Shown here one piece after another: positions 29,181 through 43,144 of a DNA stretch of 64,000 bases (the first letter of the stretch is position 1; each line of letters opens with the position of its first letter). The notes under the pieces were generated by a model, which was given only the letters and a program-made list of their open reading frames with translations, searched no databases and had not been told where the DNA came from. Source of the DNA: Aquificota bacterium (GTDB lineage: Bacteria; Aquificota; Aquificia; Desulfurobacteriales; DQVG01); NCBI GenBank assembly GCA_027002265.1, contig JAMOTM010000043.1, positions 14,458-78,457 on the forward strand. Direction: 5' to 3'. Both the position numbers and the translations under genes were made by a program.

Positions 29181-30110
29181 ATGAATTCTAAAAAAGCTTA
29201 TTTTTATATTTTTGGAATTATAGCTTTAATCTTACTTTTAATTTTCAAAACATCTTATGTAATTATTGAAAGTGGGGAAGTTGGAGTTTTATCTAATTTA
29301 GGAAAATATAGTAAGGAAGAGCTGGGACCTGGTATTCATTTTTTATTACCTTTTGGTATTCAAAAAGTTATAAAGGTGGATGTAAGAGTTCATAGCATTA
29401 ATTACAAAGGTAATAAGGATTTGCAGGACAAAGAAGGTGTTATATATAAGCCAGCTATTACAGTTCTAGATGAAAGAGGTCTTCCTATAAAAGTAGAGCT
29501 TACAGTTACTTACCGTCTAAATCCAAATATGGCAGCTGAAACTTTAAGTTCGTGGGGTTTTAATTGGGAAGAAAAGCTTGTAAATCCTATCATTAGAGAA
29601 GTTGTTAGAGACGTTATAGGTAGATATCCAGCTGAAAGTATTCCTACTAAGCGTCCTGAAATTGCTGCAAAAATAGAAGAAGGGATTAGAAAGGAAATAA
29701 AAAATCAATCTCAAGGAGCTGTTGAAGTAGTGGGAGTTCAGCTTAGAAACATCTTACTTCCACGAGATATTGAACAGAAAATAAAAGAGGTTCAAATTGC
29801 AAAGCAAGAAGCAGAAAAAATGAAATATATTGAAGAAAAGGCAAGAAAGGAGCAAGAAGTTGCAAAAATTAAGGCAGAAACAGAAAAACTTAAAAAAATT
29901 ATAAAAGCTAAAGCTGAGGCTGAAGCAAGATTACTTAAGGCAAAAGCTGAGGCAGAATCTAATAAAATCTTATCTGAGTCTATCAATGATAAAATATTAA
30001 AGTATGAAGCCCTTCAAGTTCAAAAGCAAATGGCTGAAAGTATAAAAGAAAACAAAAATGTAAAACTGTTTATAAATCCACCTCAAAATCTTCACATGTG
30101 GATAAAGTAA
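29181..30110 (+). CDS. SPFH / band-7 (prohibitin-like) membrane protein with coiled-coil tail
   Basis: N-terminal TM helix, SPFH core ('VVGVQLRNILLP') and A/E/K-rich coiled coil. Confidence 0.85.
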   Translation: MNSKKAYFYIFGIIALILLLIFKTSYVIIESGEVGVLSNLGKYSKEELGPGIHFLLPFGIQKVIKVDVRVHSINYKGNKDLQDKEGVIYKPAITVLDERGLPIKVELTVTYRLNPNMAAETLSSWGFNWEEKLVNPIIREVVRDVIGRYPAESIPTKRPEIAAKIEEGIRKEIKNQSQGAVEVVGVQLRNILLPRDIEQKIKEVQIAKQEAEKMKYIEEKARKEQEVAKIKAETEKLKKIIKAKAEAEARLLKAKAEAESNKILSESINDKILKYEALQVQKQMAESIKENKNVKLFINPPQNLHMWIK

Positions 30111-30111
30111 C

Positions 30112-30150
30112 GGGTAGGCAAAAGAATTGCCTACCCTACTCTTTTTTATT
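30112..30150 (+). terminator. intrinsic terminator GGGTAGGCAA-AAGAA-TTGCCTACCC plus T-run
   Basis: Perfect 10-bp stem followed by TACTCTTTTTTATTT. It overlaps the stop of the convergent 91-aa gene. Confidence 0.6.
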
Positions 30151-30411
30151 TACTTCATCAATTAAATTCATATATTCAGCTACTTCTTTCCAGTATTTTT
30201 GATTCTTTTTTATTCTTTCGTCTATTTCCTTAGGTTTAGTTTTTTTCTTTGCTTCTTCCTCTCTTCTTTTTCTTTCTCTTTCTTCACGGTCTTTTTTAGG
30301 TTTTAAATATAAGAAATAAATTAAAATTCCTAAAAAAAGTAAAAGTAATCCTATAGCTATAAGGAAACTAAAAATCTCATCTACAGTTAAACTTTCTAAA
30401 TCTATATTCAT
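30136..30411 (-). CDS. small single-pass membrane protein with highly charged tail
   Basis: One TM helix followed by an R/E/K-rich segment. Directly downstream of atpC on the same strand. Confidence 0.45.
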   Translation of the reverse strand: MNIDLESLTVDEIFSFLIAIGLLLLFLGILIYFLYLKPKKDREERERKRREEEAKKKTKPKEIDERIKKNQKYWKEVAEYMNLIDEVNKKE

Positions 30412-30437
30412 CTTTTTATCCTAATTTTTATCCTAAC

Positions 30438-30854
30438 TTATACATTTTCCAAATAAGTATTTAGCTTAACCAAAGCTAAATAAAGTTTTTGAGTAGTTAA
30501 AATTTCTTCTTCTAATCTTCTTTTTTCCTTTTCATCTTCTGTTTCTAAAAGCTTTTGATTGAGCTCTTCAACTTTTTCTAAAAGTTTTTGAGGATCTAAT
30601 TTTTTAGGATCTAAACGTTCCCTTAAAGCTACTTTTAGTCTTTCTCCGTCATATTCTAAATATCCGCCTTTAAATAAGATAAATTCCTTATTTCCTTTTT
30701 CATCTACAATAATTAAATAACCGGCCCTTCCACCTATAAGGGCCGGTACATGTCCTTCCTCTATTGTATCATAATCATCATCTATATCATAAAACACATA
30801 TTTTATTTGTTTTTCTGTATAAAATCCTTGGCTACCAAGCTCAAGTAAAATCAT
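30438..30854 (-). CDS. atpC: F1 ATP synthase subunit epsilon (divergent)
   Basis: Lies immediately after atpD. 'EEGHVPALIGGRAGYLII' and 'FKGGYLEYDGERLKVAL' parallel the epsilon beta-sandwich motifs, with a C-terminal helical hairpin. Confidence 0.7.
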   Translation of the reverse strand: MILLELGSQGFYTEKQIKYVFYDIDDDYDTIEEGHVPALIGGRAGYLIIVDEKGNKEFILFKGGYLEYDGERLKVALRERLDPKKLDPQKLLEKVEELNQKLLETEDEKEKRRLEEEILTTQKLYLALVKLNTYLENV

Positions 30855-30872
30855 GGCTTTACCTCATTTTAA

Positions 30873-32339
<1,467 letters not shown>

Positions 32340-32343
32340 TCAA

Positions 32344-33213
32344 TTATTTCATAGCTTCTATAGCGTTAGTAATTTCAATAAGCTCTTTTGTAATAGCAGC
32401 TTGACGAGCTTTGTTATAAGATATTGTAAGTTTTTTAATAAGATCTTGAATATTTTTAGTTGCGTTATCCATTGCTGTCATACGAGCAGCATGCTCGGAA
32501 GTTGCACTTTCCCAAAGAACATTTAATACCCAACCGTAAGTATAATCTTGAACAAGTTGATCTAAGATATCTACATCTGGAATAACATCTAAAACTTTAT
32601 TTTCATCCTTTTCATTTTTTACAGGTTTTATAGGTAAAAACTCATCATATATAACGTCTTGTCTTAGCGGATTTATAAATTTATTAAAAACAATATGAAC
32701 TTCATCAAAACCTTCTAAAAGATAAGCATCTATGATTGCATTATAAATTTCTTTTGCTAAATCTTCTCCAAGTCGTCTAAAAACATCTACCCATTTGTAT
32801 CTAACAGGTATGTCTGTATATTTTTCAAAAAATGTAGTTACTTTATTTCCAACTGTAAGAAGCTCCACTTCAATTCCCTTTTCTCTATATTCAGCTACTT
32901 TTTTTCTTGTTGTTTTTATTAAGTTTGCATTAAAAGCTCCACAAAGTCCTTTGTCTGAACCAAATACGCATATAAGTATTTTTTTAGGATTATGATTTTC
33001 CTTTCTCAAAAATACAGAGTTTGCATTTGGTACATCAGCTAAATCTAATGTAATTTCTCTTAAAATTCTTGCAAAATTTCTAATTTTTTTAAGTTCAGCT
33101 TCAGCTCTTTTAAGTTTAGCAGCGGACACCGCCTTCATAGCAGCGGTAATCCGCTGAGTACCTTTTAAAGATTTTATTTTTCTTTTTATATCTCTCATAC
33201 TCATTCCAGCCAT
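32344..33213 (-). CDS. atpG: F1 ATP synthase subunit gamma
   Basis: 'IKRKIKSLKGTQRITAAMKAVSAAKL' N-helix and 'NKARQAAITKELIEI' C-helix. Confidence 0.9.
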   Translation of the reverse strand: MAGMSMRDIKRKIKSLKGTQRITAAMKAVSAAKLKRAEAELKKIRNFARILREITLDLADVPNANSVFLRKENHNPKKILICVFGSDKGLCGAFNANLIKTTRKKVAEYREKGIEVELLTVGNKVTTFFEKYTDIPVRYKWVDVFRRLGEDLAKEIYNAIIDAYLLEGFDEVHIVFNKFINPLRQDVIYDEFLPIKPVKNEKDENKVLDVIPDVDILDQLVQDYTYGWVLNVLWESATSEHAARMTAMDNATKNIQDLIKKLTISYNKARQAAITKELIEITNAIEAMK

Positions 33214-33230
33214 GGTTTAAACCCCTTTCC

Positions 33231-35274
<2,044 letters not shown>

Positions 35275-35289
35275 TTTAAACTATCCTCC

Positions 35290-35751
35290 TTAAATTTTAC
35301 TTAAAGAGCGTTTTATAAATTTCTCATCTTCCTCAGGGGTTAGTCTCTCTTTTAATACTTTTTCAGCCTCTTTTAAAGCTTCGTTTACAGCTATATTTTT
35401 TAACTTATACTTTAATAGATAAATCTCGTTTTCCACTTCTCTTTCTAAAGCTTCTTTATATCTTTCTATAATTTTTTCAGCTTCTTTTAGAATTTGCTCT
35501 TTTTTCTTTTCTGCTTGCTTTTCCGCAACTTTTATAATTCTTTCTGCTTCTTTTTGAGCATTTTCTATTTTCATATCAAGTTCTCTTACAGCTTGTTCTA
35601 AACGACTTTTCTCAAGTTCTAGTTCTTCTTTAGTTTTGAATATTTTTTCTTTTTCTTTTTCAAGATAATTTTTTAAAGGATTTTTTAATAATTTATATAA
35701 AATAAGTACTAAAAGAACAAAATTAACAACTTTAAACAAAAACAAAGTCAT
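35290..35751 (-). CDS. atpF: F0 ATP synthase subunit b
   Basis: N-terminal TM helix plus a long A/E/K coiled coil, in operon position. Confidence 0.75.
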   Translation of the reverse strand: MTLFLFKVVNFVLLVLILYKLLKNPLKNYLEKEKEKIFKTKEELELEKSRLEQAVRELDMKIENAQKEAERIIKVAEKQAEKKKEQILKEAEKIIERYKEALEREVENEIYLLKYKLKNIAVNEALKEAEKVLKERLTPEEDEKFIKRSLSKI

Positions 35752-35762
35752 TTTTAATCCCC

Positions 35763-36209
35763 CTAAGCAGCTTTTTTACCTAAAATTTTTTCAACAATTA
35801 ATTTTGCAAGCTCAGGAATAGTTTTTTGAAGTTCTTTTTTAGCTTCCTCAAATTCTTGCTTTAGGGTAGCTAAAATTTGTTCAAATTTCTTCTCTTCCTT
35901 TTCTTTAGCTTCTTCAATCATTCTTTTAGCTTCTTTTTCAGCTTCCATAACTGCTTTCTTTAAAATTTCATCTGCCTTTTCGTTTGCTTCTTTTAAAATA
36001 CGCTGAAATTTAGCTTCTTTTTCTTCAAGAAGTTTTCTTAAAGAAGTTATTTCTTTTTCTAAATTTTTAAAATATTCTTCTCTTTTTTCAATTTTTTCAC
36101 TGAATTTATCTAAAAAGATAGTCTTAAAAACAAAGAAAAATACTAGAAAGTTTAAAGCTTGAATAACAAGATATAAAGGATTTATGTTTACTATGCTTCC
36201 TTCTGCCAT
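35763..36209 (-). CDS. F0 ATP synthase subunit b'
   Basis: Second b-type subunit (TM helix plus coiled coil). GGAGG lies 8 nt upstream of the internal ATG (MAEGS...), so start 36209 is preferred over the track start 36239. Confidence 0.7.
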   Translation of the reverse strand: MAEGSIVNINPLYLVIQALNFLVFFFVFKTIFLDKFSEKIEKREEYFKNLEKEITSLRKLLEEKEAKFQRILKEANEKADEILKKAVMEAEKEAKRMIEEAKEKEEKKFEQILATLKQEFEEAKKELQKTIPELAKLIVEKILGKKAA

Positions 36210-36273
36210 TATAAAGCCTCCTAAGATAAAAAATTCCAATATATTTTATCAAATCTTTCAAAAGTTTGGGAGA

Positions 36274-37296
36274 TTATTCTTTTGAGATTTCTCCGGCAGC
36301 TATAACTTTATCTTTTTTATAAACTACTCCTACTTGGCCTGGAGTAATAGCAAAAACTTTCTCTTTAAGTTTTATTTTAAGTTTATTTTGCGTTTCCTTT
36401 ATATATTCAATGGGAACTTTTTTAGCTTTGTATCTTACTTTTATATATAAATTTTCAAAATTTGTTTTCTCTAAAAATTCGTGATCAAAAAAATTAAGTT
36501 TTTCTAAAGTTAAACTATCACTATAAACTTCATCTTTTGGAGCAACAACTATTTGTTTTTTAAATATATCTATTTCTTTTACATACAGAGGTTCTTTATA
36601 CCTGATATGAAGACCCCTTCTTTGACCAACAGTAAACTGTAAAATATTTTTTGTTTCTCTTAAAACTTTTTTTTCTTTACTTAAAATAATTTTTCCTCTT
36701 ATTTTTAATTTATTTTCTTCTAAAAATTCCCCTATAGAGTAGCCTTTTAAAAAACATATATCTTGACTTTCTTTTTGTTCTACTGGAAGCTCAAGTTGAG
36801 AAGCAAGTTTTTTTATTTGCTCTTTCTCATATTCTCCTAAAGGAAAGATGCAGTAGGGAATTATATTTTTTCTTAAAAAACTTAAAAAATAAGATTGATC
36901 TTTCTTTTTATCTTTCGCTTCATAAAGAAAGTTTCCTTTTCTTATAACATAATGTCCTGTGGAAATATAATCTACTATACCTTCCTTTATATATCTAAAA
37001 AGAAAAGGAAACTTAAGATATGCATTACACCAAACACAAGGATTGGGAGTTTTTCCTTGAAAATAGTAATCTAAAAAACCATTTATAATAAGTTCTCTGA
37101 AAGCTTCTTTTAGATCTACTACATGAAGAGGAATTTTTAAAAACTTAGCTAAATTTTCCACTCTTTCTATATTTTCTTCATGAAGCTTTGTAAATATAAA
37201 ATAATATCCAATTACCTTATATCCTTGCTTTTTTAAAAGGTAGGCTGCTACGCCTGAGTCTACTCCGCCAGAAAGTCCTATCCCTACTTTTTTCAT
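36274..37296 (-). CDS. mnmA: tRNA-specific 2-thiouridylase
   Basis: PP-loop 'GLSGGVDSGV' and 'TPNPCVWCN', 'DQSYFL' motifs. Confidence 0.9.
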   Translation of the reverse strand: MKKVGIGLSGGVDSGVAAYLLKKQGYKVIGYYFIFTKLHEENIERVENLAKFLKIPLHVVDLKEAFRELIINGFLDYYFQGKTPNPCVWCNAYLKFPFLFRYIKEGIVDYISTGHYVIRKGNFLYEAKDKKKDQSYFLSFLRKNIIPYCIFPLGEYEKEQIKKLASQLELPVEQKESQDICFLKGYSIGEFLEENKLKIRGKIILSKEKKVLRETKNILQFTVGQRRGLHIRYKEPLYVKEIDIFKKQIVVAPKDEVYSDSLTLEKLNFFDHEFLEKTNFENLYIKVRYKAKKVPIEYIKETQNKLKIKLKEKVFAITPGQVGVVYKKDKVIAAGEISKE

Positions 37297-37328
37297 TTTT
37301 TTTCCAAAAAGAAATTTTCAAAATTTTA

Positions 37329-37952
37329 TCAAAAATCTTTTTTTTCTAAAAGAATAAAATTTCTTTCAAAATCCTCTTTGGGTTTATATTTAAAAATTTT
37401 GGGTTTTGAAATTTTAAGGTGGGAAATATCATCTAATTTTTTTCCTCTTACTATTAAAACAGGAACATTTTCTTTTATAAAGGAAGAAAGTAAATCTTCT
37501 ATTTTATTTAAAGGTGCAAAGGCCCTACAGATAATTAAATCTGGATATTTCTTTATATTTTTTATATCTTCATTTAAAACTTTTACATTTTTTAAATTTA
37601 AAAATCTTTTTATATGTTCTAAAAATAAGGCTCTTTTTTTTCTTATTTCTATTAAGTCAAAAAGCTTGTTTTCATATAAAATAGAGAGAGGAATCCCAGG
37701 AAATCCAGCTCCACTTCCAACATCAAAAATTTCTTTTGGATCTAAGTTAAAATATTCAAAAGCATACTTAAAATATAAACTATCCAAAAGATGCCTTTTT
37801 ATAAGTTCTTCATCCGTTTTAAAAGATACTAAATTTACTTTTTTATTCCATTTTTTAAGTTCTTTTAAAAATAAAGAAAGCTTTTCTATTTTTTCTTTTG
37901 AAAGAGTAAATCCTTCTTTTTTTAAAAATTTCTCAATGATTTCTTCCATCAT
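37329..37952 (-). CDS. rsmG: 16S rRNA (guanine527-N7)-methyltransferase
   Basis: 'DVGSGAGFPGIPL' SAM motif. Immediately downstream of mnmG (the classical gidA-gidB pair). Confidence 0.85.
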   Translation of the reverse strand: MMEEIIEKFLKKEGFTLSKEKIEKLSLFLKELKKWNKKVNLVSFKTDEELIKRHLLDSLYFKYAFEYFNLDPKEIFDVGSGAGFPGIPLSILYENKLFDLIEIRKKRALFLEHIKRFLNLKNVKVLNEDIKNIKKYPDLIICRAFAPLNKIEDLLSSFIKENVPVLIVRGKKLDDISHLKISKPKIFKYKPKEDFERNFILLEKKDF

Positions 37953-37959
37953 AATCCTT

Positions 37960-39966
37960 CTATTTATTTTCTTTTTGTTTTTGTCTTTTATGCTTATTTA
38001 TATAATATAAAACTATGGGAATACTTGCCGCTCTTACTCCTTCCATTTTAGAAAGATCACCTAAGGTTTTGGGTTTGTATTCTTTTATTTTTTGTTTTTC
38101 TTCAAAAGAAATAGGGATTTCATCCCAATTTAAATCTTCTGGAATTTCAATACTTTCTAGTTTTCTAAATTTTTCAGCAAGTTTTATTGTTTTTTCTATA
38201 TATCCTTCATATTTTATTTCTATTTCTAATGTGTAAAGAATTTCCTCTATTAAAGAGCTTTTCTTTGGAATATCTTCTTTTAATATATTTTCCTCTATAG
38301 ATTTTATAATTTCTCTTAAAGTAGTTTTGTAAGACTTATCTTCCTCTTTTACCAAAATAGGAAGATCTAAAATATCTTTTAAGGAAACATCCGGGCGTTT
38401 TAAAAATTTATCTAAAGGCATATTTTCTTTTATAGGAATCTTGGATTCTTCCTTTACAACGCGATAATTTTCTTTAAAAGCCTTAATAAGAAAACTTAGA
38501 ATCTCTTTTTTTCTTTTTACTCTCTTATATTCTCTTTCAGTTAAAAGCCCAAGTTTATAAGCTTTTTCAGAGAGCCTTAAATCTGCATTATCGTATCTAA
38601 GTAAAAGACGATATTCTGCTCGGGATGTAAAAAGACGGTAAGGTTCTTTTGTCCCTTTTGTAACAAGATCATCTATTAAAACCCCAATATAAGCTTCATC
38701 CCTTTTTAAAACAAATCTTTCTTCCTTTCCTAGTGCATATAAAGCTGCATTTATCCCAGCTACGATTCCCATAGCTGCAGCTTCTTCATAGCCTGTAGTT
38801 CCACATATTTGACCTGCATGAAAAAGTCCTTTAATTTTTTTAGTTTCAAGAGTATGATAAAGCTCGCGAGGATCTATATAATCATACTCTATACCATAGG
38901 CTGGCCTAATGAGCTTTGCCTTTTCCAAGCCTGGAATAGAATGAATAATTTTTTCTTGTACTTCATAAGGCATAGAATTTGAAGTTCCAGCTGGATAAAC
39001 TTCTATTGTATCTAAACCTTCAGGCTCTATAAATACATGATGCTTATATTTATCTGGAAACTTTACAATTTTATCTTCAATAGAAGGACAATACCTTACT
39101 CCAGTTCCCTCAATAAGACCTCCATAAAGAGCTGAGCGTTTTAAATTTTTTTCTATTATTTCTTTAGTTTCTTTTGTAGTATAAGTTAAAAAACAGGGAA
39201 TTTGTTTTCTTTTGTCAGTTTTTAAAAAATCTTTTAAGTAAGGAGGAACTGGTAAGAGTTTTTCTTCTCTTTCTACAAAAAATGAAAAAGATGGAGGCGG
39301 CTCATCCCCATCTTGAATTTCCATTTCAGAAAAGTTTATAGTTCTACCATCTAATCTTGGAGGAGTTCCAGTTTTAAAGCGACCAAGCTTAAAATTACAT
39401 CTTTTATAAAATTCTGTAAGTTTATTTGCAGGTGGTTCCCACATTCTTCCAGCTTCAAAAACTTCATGACCTATAAATATTTTTCCTCTTAAAAAAGTTC
39501 CAGTTGCTACAACTATAGCTTTTGCGCCGTACTTTGCCTTTAGATTTGTAAGAACTCCTTTAACTTTTCCATGTTCATCTATTAAAATATCATCTACAAT
39601 TTGTTGAATTAATGTTATATTTTCTGTATTTTCTATAACCTTTGTCATTCTTTCTCGGTAAAGCTTTTTATCGCATTGAGCTCTTGGAGAGCGAACTGCA
39701 GGTCCTTTTTTGATATTAAGCATTCTAAATTGAAAACCTGTAAGATCTGTATTTTTCCCTATTTCTCCCCCAAGAGCATCTATTTCTCTAACTACAATTC
39801 CCTTTGCAACTCCTCCAATTGAAGGGTTACAAGCCATTTCTGCAATCTTATCTTTATTAACTGTAAAAAGGCCTACTTTCGCCCCCATTTTAGCGGCAGC
39901 TAAAGCGGCTTCACATCCGGCATGTCCAGCCCCAATTACAATAACATCAAATACATCATCCCACAT
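37960..39966 (-). CDS. mnmG: tRNA uridine 5-carboxymethylaminomethyl modification enzyme
   Basis: '[19 protein letters not shown]' FAD motif, '[11 protein letters not shown]'-like '[11 protein letters not shown]' and '[17 protein letters not shown]'. Confidence 0.95.
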   Translation of the reverse strand: MWDDVFDVIVIGAGHAGCEAALAAAKMGAKVGLFTVNKDKIAEMACNPSIGGVAKGIVVREIDALGGEIGKNTDLTGFQFRMLNIKKGPAVRSPRAQCDKKLYRERMTKVIENTENITLIQQIVDDILIDEHGKVKGVLTNLKAKYGAKAIVVATGTFLRGKIFIGHEVFEAGRMWEPPANKLTEFYKRCNFKLGRFKTGTPPRLDGRTINFSEMEIQDGDEPPPSFSFFVEREEKLLPVPPYLKDFLKTDKRKQIPCFLTYTTKETKEIIEKNLKRSALYGGLIEGTGVRYCPSIEDKIVKFPDKYKHHVFIEPEGLDTIEVYPAGTSNSMPYEVQEKIIHSIPGLEKAKLIRPAYGIEYDYIDPRELYHTLETKKIKGLFHAGQICGTTGYEEAAAMGIVAGINAALYALGKEERFVLKRDEAYIGVLIDDLVTKGTKEPYRLFTSRAEYRLLLRYDNADLRLSEKAYKLGLLTEREYKRVKRKKEILSFLIKAFKENYRVVKEESKIPIKENMPLDKFLKRPDVSLKDILDLPILVKEEDKSYKTTLREIIKSIEENILKEDIPKKSSLIEEILYTLEIEIKYEGYIEKTIKLAEKFRKLESIEIPEDLNWDEIPISFEEKQKIKEYKPKTLGDLSKMEGVRAASIPIVLYYINKHKRQKQKENK

Positions 39967-40128
39967 TTTATTTCTCCAAAGATAGGATTTTTAAAGATAT
40001 TTTATTTAGAAAGAAGCTTTGTTTAGATATTATAGGAAAATATTATAGAAAATCTAAATTTTTGATATATACTAAAACTTTAAAATTAGGGTAATATTTA
40101 ATTTAAAAAATAAATAAAAACACTTTAA

Positions 40129-40311
40129 CTAAAATATTCCATAGATCTTATGAAGAATATGTATAAGCTCTAGAGTATGTAAATTTATTAAAATAAATTC
40201 AAAAATCAAGAATATAGCATATAAAAAAATTAAAATAAAAAGCCATTTTCCTATAAAACCTTTTGCTTTTTTCTCAAGTTCTTCAAAAGAAAGTTTACAA
40301 ATTAAAGACAT
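40129..40311 (-). CDS. small membrane protein (60 aa), last gene of the cytochrome operon
   Basis: GGGGGA RBS just upstream of the ATG. One central TM helix. Same strand, 24 nt after the preceding small ORF. Confidence 0.35.
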   Translation of the reverse strand: MSLICKLSFEELEKKAKGFIGKWLFILIFLYAIFLIFEFILINLHTLELIHILHKIYGIF

Positions 40312-40335
40312 TTTATCCCCCCTAATTTTTTAAAT

Positions 40336-40509
40336 TTAGAACCATTGCAGCTTGGAATGAGCAATAAAAATAACAAGTTTAACAAACCATACTAAAAATA
40401 GTGGTCCTACTAAAAGTAAAGTAGTTAAGGCTAATATAATCCAACCTTCAAATTCTATTTCGTACCAAAAAACTTCTTTAGGCTTTGGTTTAAATTCCTT
40501 TTTTGTCAA
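40336..40509 (-). CDS. small membrane protein (57 aa, TTG start), not in the supplied ORF track
   Basis: Hand translation gives (M)TKKEFKPKPKEVFWYEIEFEGWIILALTTLLLVGPLFLVWFVKLVIFIAHSKLQWF*. GGGAGG lies 6 nt upstream of the TTG, 22 nt after the 13-heme cytochrome stop. Confidence 0.3.
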   Translation of the reverse strand: MTKKEFKPKPKEVFWYEIEFEGWIILALTTLLLVGPLFLVWFVKLVIFIAHSKLQWF

Positions 40510-40531
40510 TTTTTGCCTCCCTATATAAAAC

Positions 40532-41626
40532 TTATAATTTATTTTTATATTTTGGATAGGTTAAATCTTTATAAGGGGAATTATGAATAATATGACATTT
40601 TAAGCAATTTTTTTTGTCTTTTAAGTTTTTATGACTGCCCCACAAAATCGGTTTATGACAATAAATACAAATTTCAGGAGCTTTTGCATATAGCATATTT
40701 TTTTTGTTTAAGTGGGGATTATGACAAATAGTACAATCCATAGGGTGAGTATATTTATTTTTAGCAAATACTCCCACATCTTTTGCCTTTCTTCCATTAT
40801 GACAAACAAGACAAGTTTTTGCATGCTTAGAATAATGTAGATTTTTCTTTGGAATATAAATATTAGGACTGTATTTAATTAAAAATTCACTTTTTGCAAA
40901 GTGGGGTGTATGACAATTTTCACAGGATTTGTGAGGAGTTTTTAAAACTTCTTTTTCTTCTTTATGACATTTAGAGCAAAATAAACCATAAGTTTTTGTT
41001 GGAATTAAAGACTTACTTAAAGCTCTATGCATTTTGTGACAATTTAAACATCCAATATCTGGATGAGAATTTTTATCTTTTTTTATATCTATATGACATT
41101 TATAACAATGTTTAGATTTATTTCTTTTAAAAGAAAGACAATTTTTATCTTTTGGTCTGTGCATATCATGACAGTTTAAACAATTAATCTTCATTTTTTT
41201 CTTTCTTAAATTCAATTTTCCAACAGGATGGTTAAAAAGTATAAGATTTTTTGAAAAATATTTTCTTTTATATTTTTCTTTATGACAAGAAGCACATGTA
41301 TTTTCTTTTACTTTAAAAGCAAATTTCTTTTTAGAACCTTCTTTGGTATGAGGATTATGGCAATTTCCACAGTTTACTTTATTATTTATGGGATGTCCTA
41401 TCTTATGATATATATTATAAAAAATATCCCTATCATCTAAAATTAGACCATTGTGACAAGAGTAGCACATTTCTAAACTAGATGCAGATACATTTTCTCC
41501 TACTAAAATATAAGGCAACTTACTTTTCTCTTTAGATATAAAATTTTTTACATGACATTTATAGCAATCTTGCGCTAAGGAAAAAGATAATAATATAAAT
41601 GTTAAAAATATAAATTTTCCCAACAT
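40532..41626 (-). CDS. periplasmic multiheme c-type cytochrome, 13 CxxCH motifs in 364 aa
   Basis: Signal peptide. Counted CYKCH, CYSCH, CGNCH, CASCH, CLNCH, CYKCH, CLNCH, CSKCH, CENCH, CLVCH, CTICH, CIYCH, CLKCH, many as CxxCHxxH. The ATG shares its A with the upstream TAA stop. Confidence 0.85.
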   Translation of the reverse strand: MLGKFIFLTFILLSFSLAQDCYKCHVKNFISKEKSKLPYILVGENVSASSLEMCYSCHNGLILDDRDIFYNIYHKIGHPINNKVNCGNCHNPHTKEGSKKKFAFKVKENTCASCHKEKYKRKYFSKNLILFNHPVGKLNLRKKKMKINCLNCHDMHRPKDKNCLSFKRNKSKHCYKCHIDIKKDKNSHPDIGCLNCHKMHRALSKSLIPTKTYGLFCSKCHKEEKEVLKTPHKSCENCHTPHFAKSEFLIKYSPNIYIPKKNLHYSKHAKTCLVCHNGRKAKDVGVFAKNKYTHPMDCTICHNPHLNKKNMLYAKAPEICIYCHKPILWGSHKNLKDKKNCLKCHIIHNSPYKDLTYPKYKNKL

Positions 41627-42390
41627 TATCTTTCTACCTCATTCTTTTTTCTTATTACAAGGGTAGGTTTTAAAGAATCTAAAACATAAATATTATTCTT
41701 ATCTACTTTTAAGCCCAAGGGATTTTTTATATTTGAAAAATAACCCACATAAGAACCTGCTTTTGTAAAAACAACAACTTTTTTAAAAATGGGATCTGCA
41801 ACATATATGTAATTTTTATCAACATCTATGCCTGTAGGTCTAAAAAGTTTACCTTTTGTAATTCCAAAATCTCCAAAAAAGTAAGTTAATTTTCCATTAA
41901 AATCGATTAAATAGATTTTTGCATTATTTACATCTACAAGATATATATAACTATTATCTTTTGTTAAAAAACCTAATTTGGAATTAAAATTAATAGATTT
42001 TCTCTCTTTTCCATCTAGAGAGTATGCTTTTAAGTATCCATTTTTTAAGCTTGTCCAAATAAGATTTTTCACCTTAACAAGGTCTATAGGAGAAGCTTTT
42101 AGATTTATGACTCTTTCTATTTTTCCCTTTAGATTTAATATATATATTTTTTTATCTTTTGGAGAAGTAAGGTAAATCTTGTTGTCTTCTACATATATTC
42201 CATAAGGTTTAAATTTTAATTTAATTTTATTTTTAGGTTTTAAAGTATTTTTATTTAAAACTAAAATTTCCTGCTTTAATCCATCTACTATATATATACT
42301 ATTTTTATATATAGAAAGATCTGAAGGCGTTTTTAAATTAAGATTTACAGTTTCTCCCAAGGCAAATAAACCTAGTAAAAATATAAGCAT
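41626..42390 (-). CDS. NHL-repeat beta-propeller protein (secreted)
   Basis: Short signal peptide. About six repeats of the 'P.GI.VD.NYIYV.D...KI.V(F/L)' type, e.g. 'FRPTGIDVDKNYIYVADPIFKKVVVF'. Confidence 0.75.
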   Translation of the reverse strand: MLIFLLGLFALGETVNLNLKTPSDLSIYKNSIYIVDGLKQEILVLNKNTLKPKNKIKLKFKPYGIYVEDNKIYLTSPKDKKIYILNLKGKIERVINLKASPIDLVKVKNLIWTSLKNGYLKAYSLDGKERKSINFNSKLGFLTKDNSYIYLVDVNNAKIYLIDFNGKLTYFFGDFGITKGKLFRPTGIDVDKNYIYVADPIFKKVVVFTKAGSYVGYFSNIKNPLGLKVDKNNIYVLDSLKPTLVIRKKNEVER

Positions 42391-42400
42391 TTATGCCCCC

Positions 42401-43144
42401 TTATTTTATAAACTCTGGAAAGTAAATTTTTTTTCCTTTTATAAGAGCTTTTATAATTACGTCTTTTCCTTTGATTTCCTCTATACGCTCTTTACTAAAT
42501 CCAAGAGCTTTTAGATCTAAAGGTGGTTTTGGAGATAAATGACAATCTTTACAAGAGTAAATACCTTCTTTTACAACATATCCATGAAGCTTAGATGTAA
42601 AAAGAGGATCTTTTTTATCTATTTTATCTTTTACAAGCTTATAAGGAATATCTAAAGGTTTCCCGTTAACTAAAGGTCCTATCCTTGCATCATCAAACTC
42701 GCCAGATAGAACAATTTCATTTCCGTATTTAATATAAGTAGTTCCATATCTATCTGGTCCTCCAGAAACGGGATAAATTTTTTTTCCCTTTATTTTTATC
42801 CAAGAGTATGAGGAGGCTCCAATTTTTACATGACAGACTGTACATGTTAAAAAACCAGCATGCATATTTAAAAAAGCAGCATATTTTCCTTTTTTATGAG
42901 GATAAGCAGTATGGCATTTTGTGCAGACATCTCCATAAAAAACTTTGTTATAGGTATTTTCTATATGAAAAGGTAGAGGATATTTATTTTTATTTATTTT
43001 TGGAGTTTTAAACTTTTTTAATTTTTCCTTCCAAGTTTTAATGTTTCCTTGAAAATCGCTATTTTTTATATACTCTAAAAGAACTTGGGAAAAGGCTAAA
43101 TTAGAAACTATATAAAAAGCAAAAATATATTTTAATTTTGACAT
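42401..43144 (-). CDS. triheme c-type cytochrome (3 CxxCH), signal-anchored
   Basis: CTKCH, CTVCH and CKDCH counted. N-terminal hydrophobic segment. 13-nt overlap with the upstream gene. Confidence 0.75.
   Translation of the reverse strand: MSKLKYIFAFYIVSNLAFSQVLLEYIKNSDFQGNIKTWKEKLKKFKTPKINKNKYPLPFHIENTYNKVFYGDVCTKCHTAYPHKKGKYAAFLNMHAGFLTCTVCHVKIGASSYSWIKIKGKKIYPVSGGPDRYGTTYIKYGNEIVLSGEFDDARIGPLVNGKPLDIPYKLVKDKIDKKDPLFTSKLHGYVVKEGIYSCKDCHLSPKPPLDLKALGFSKERIEEIKGKDVIIKALIKGKKIYFPEFIK

Noticed and set aside
37378-38236. Plus-strand ORFs of 210 and 73 aa overlapping rsmG and mnmG
   Set aside because: They are antisense to two strongly supported genes. The S/F/L/I-rich nonsense-like sequence arises only because AT-rich antisense frames lack stop codons.
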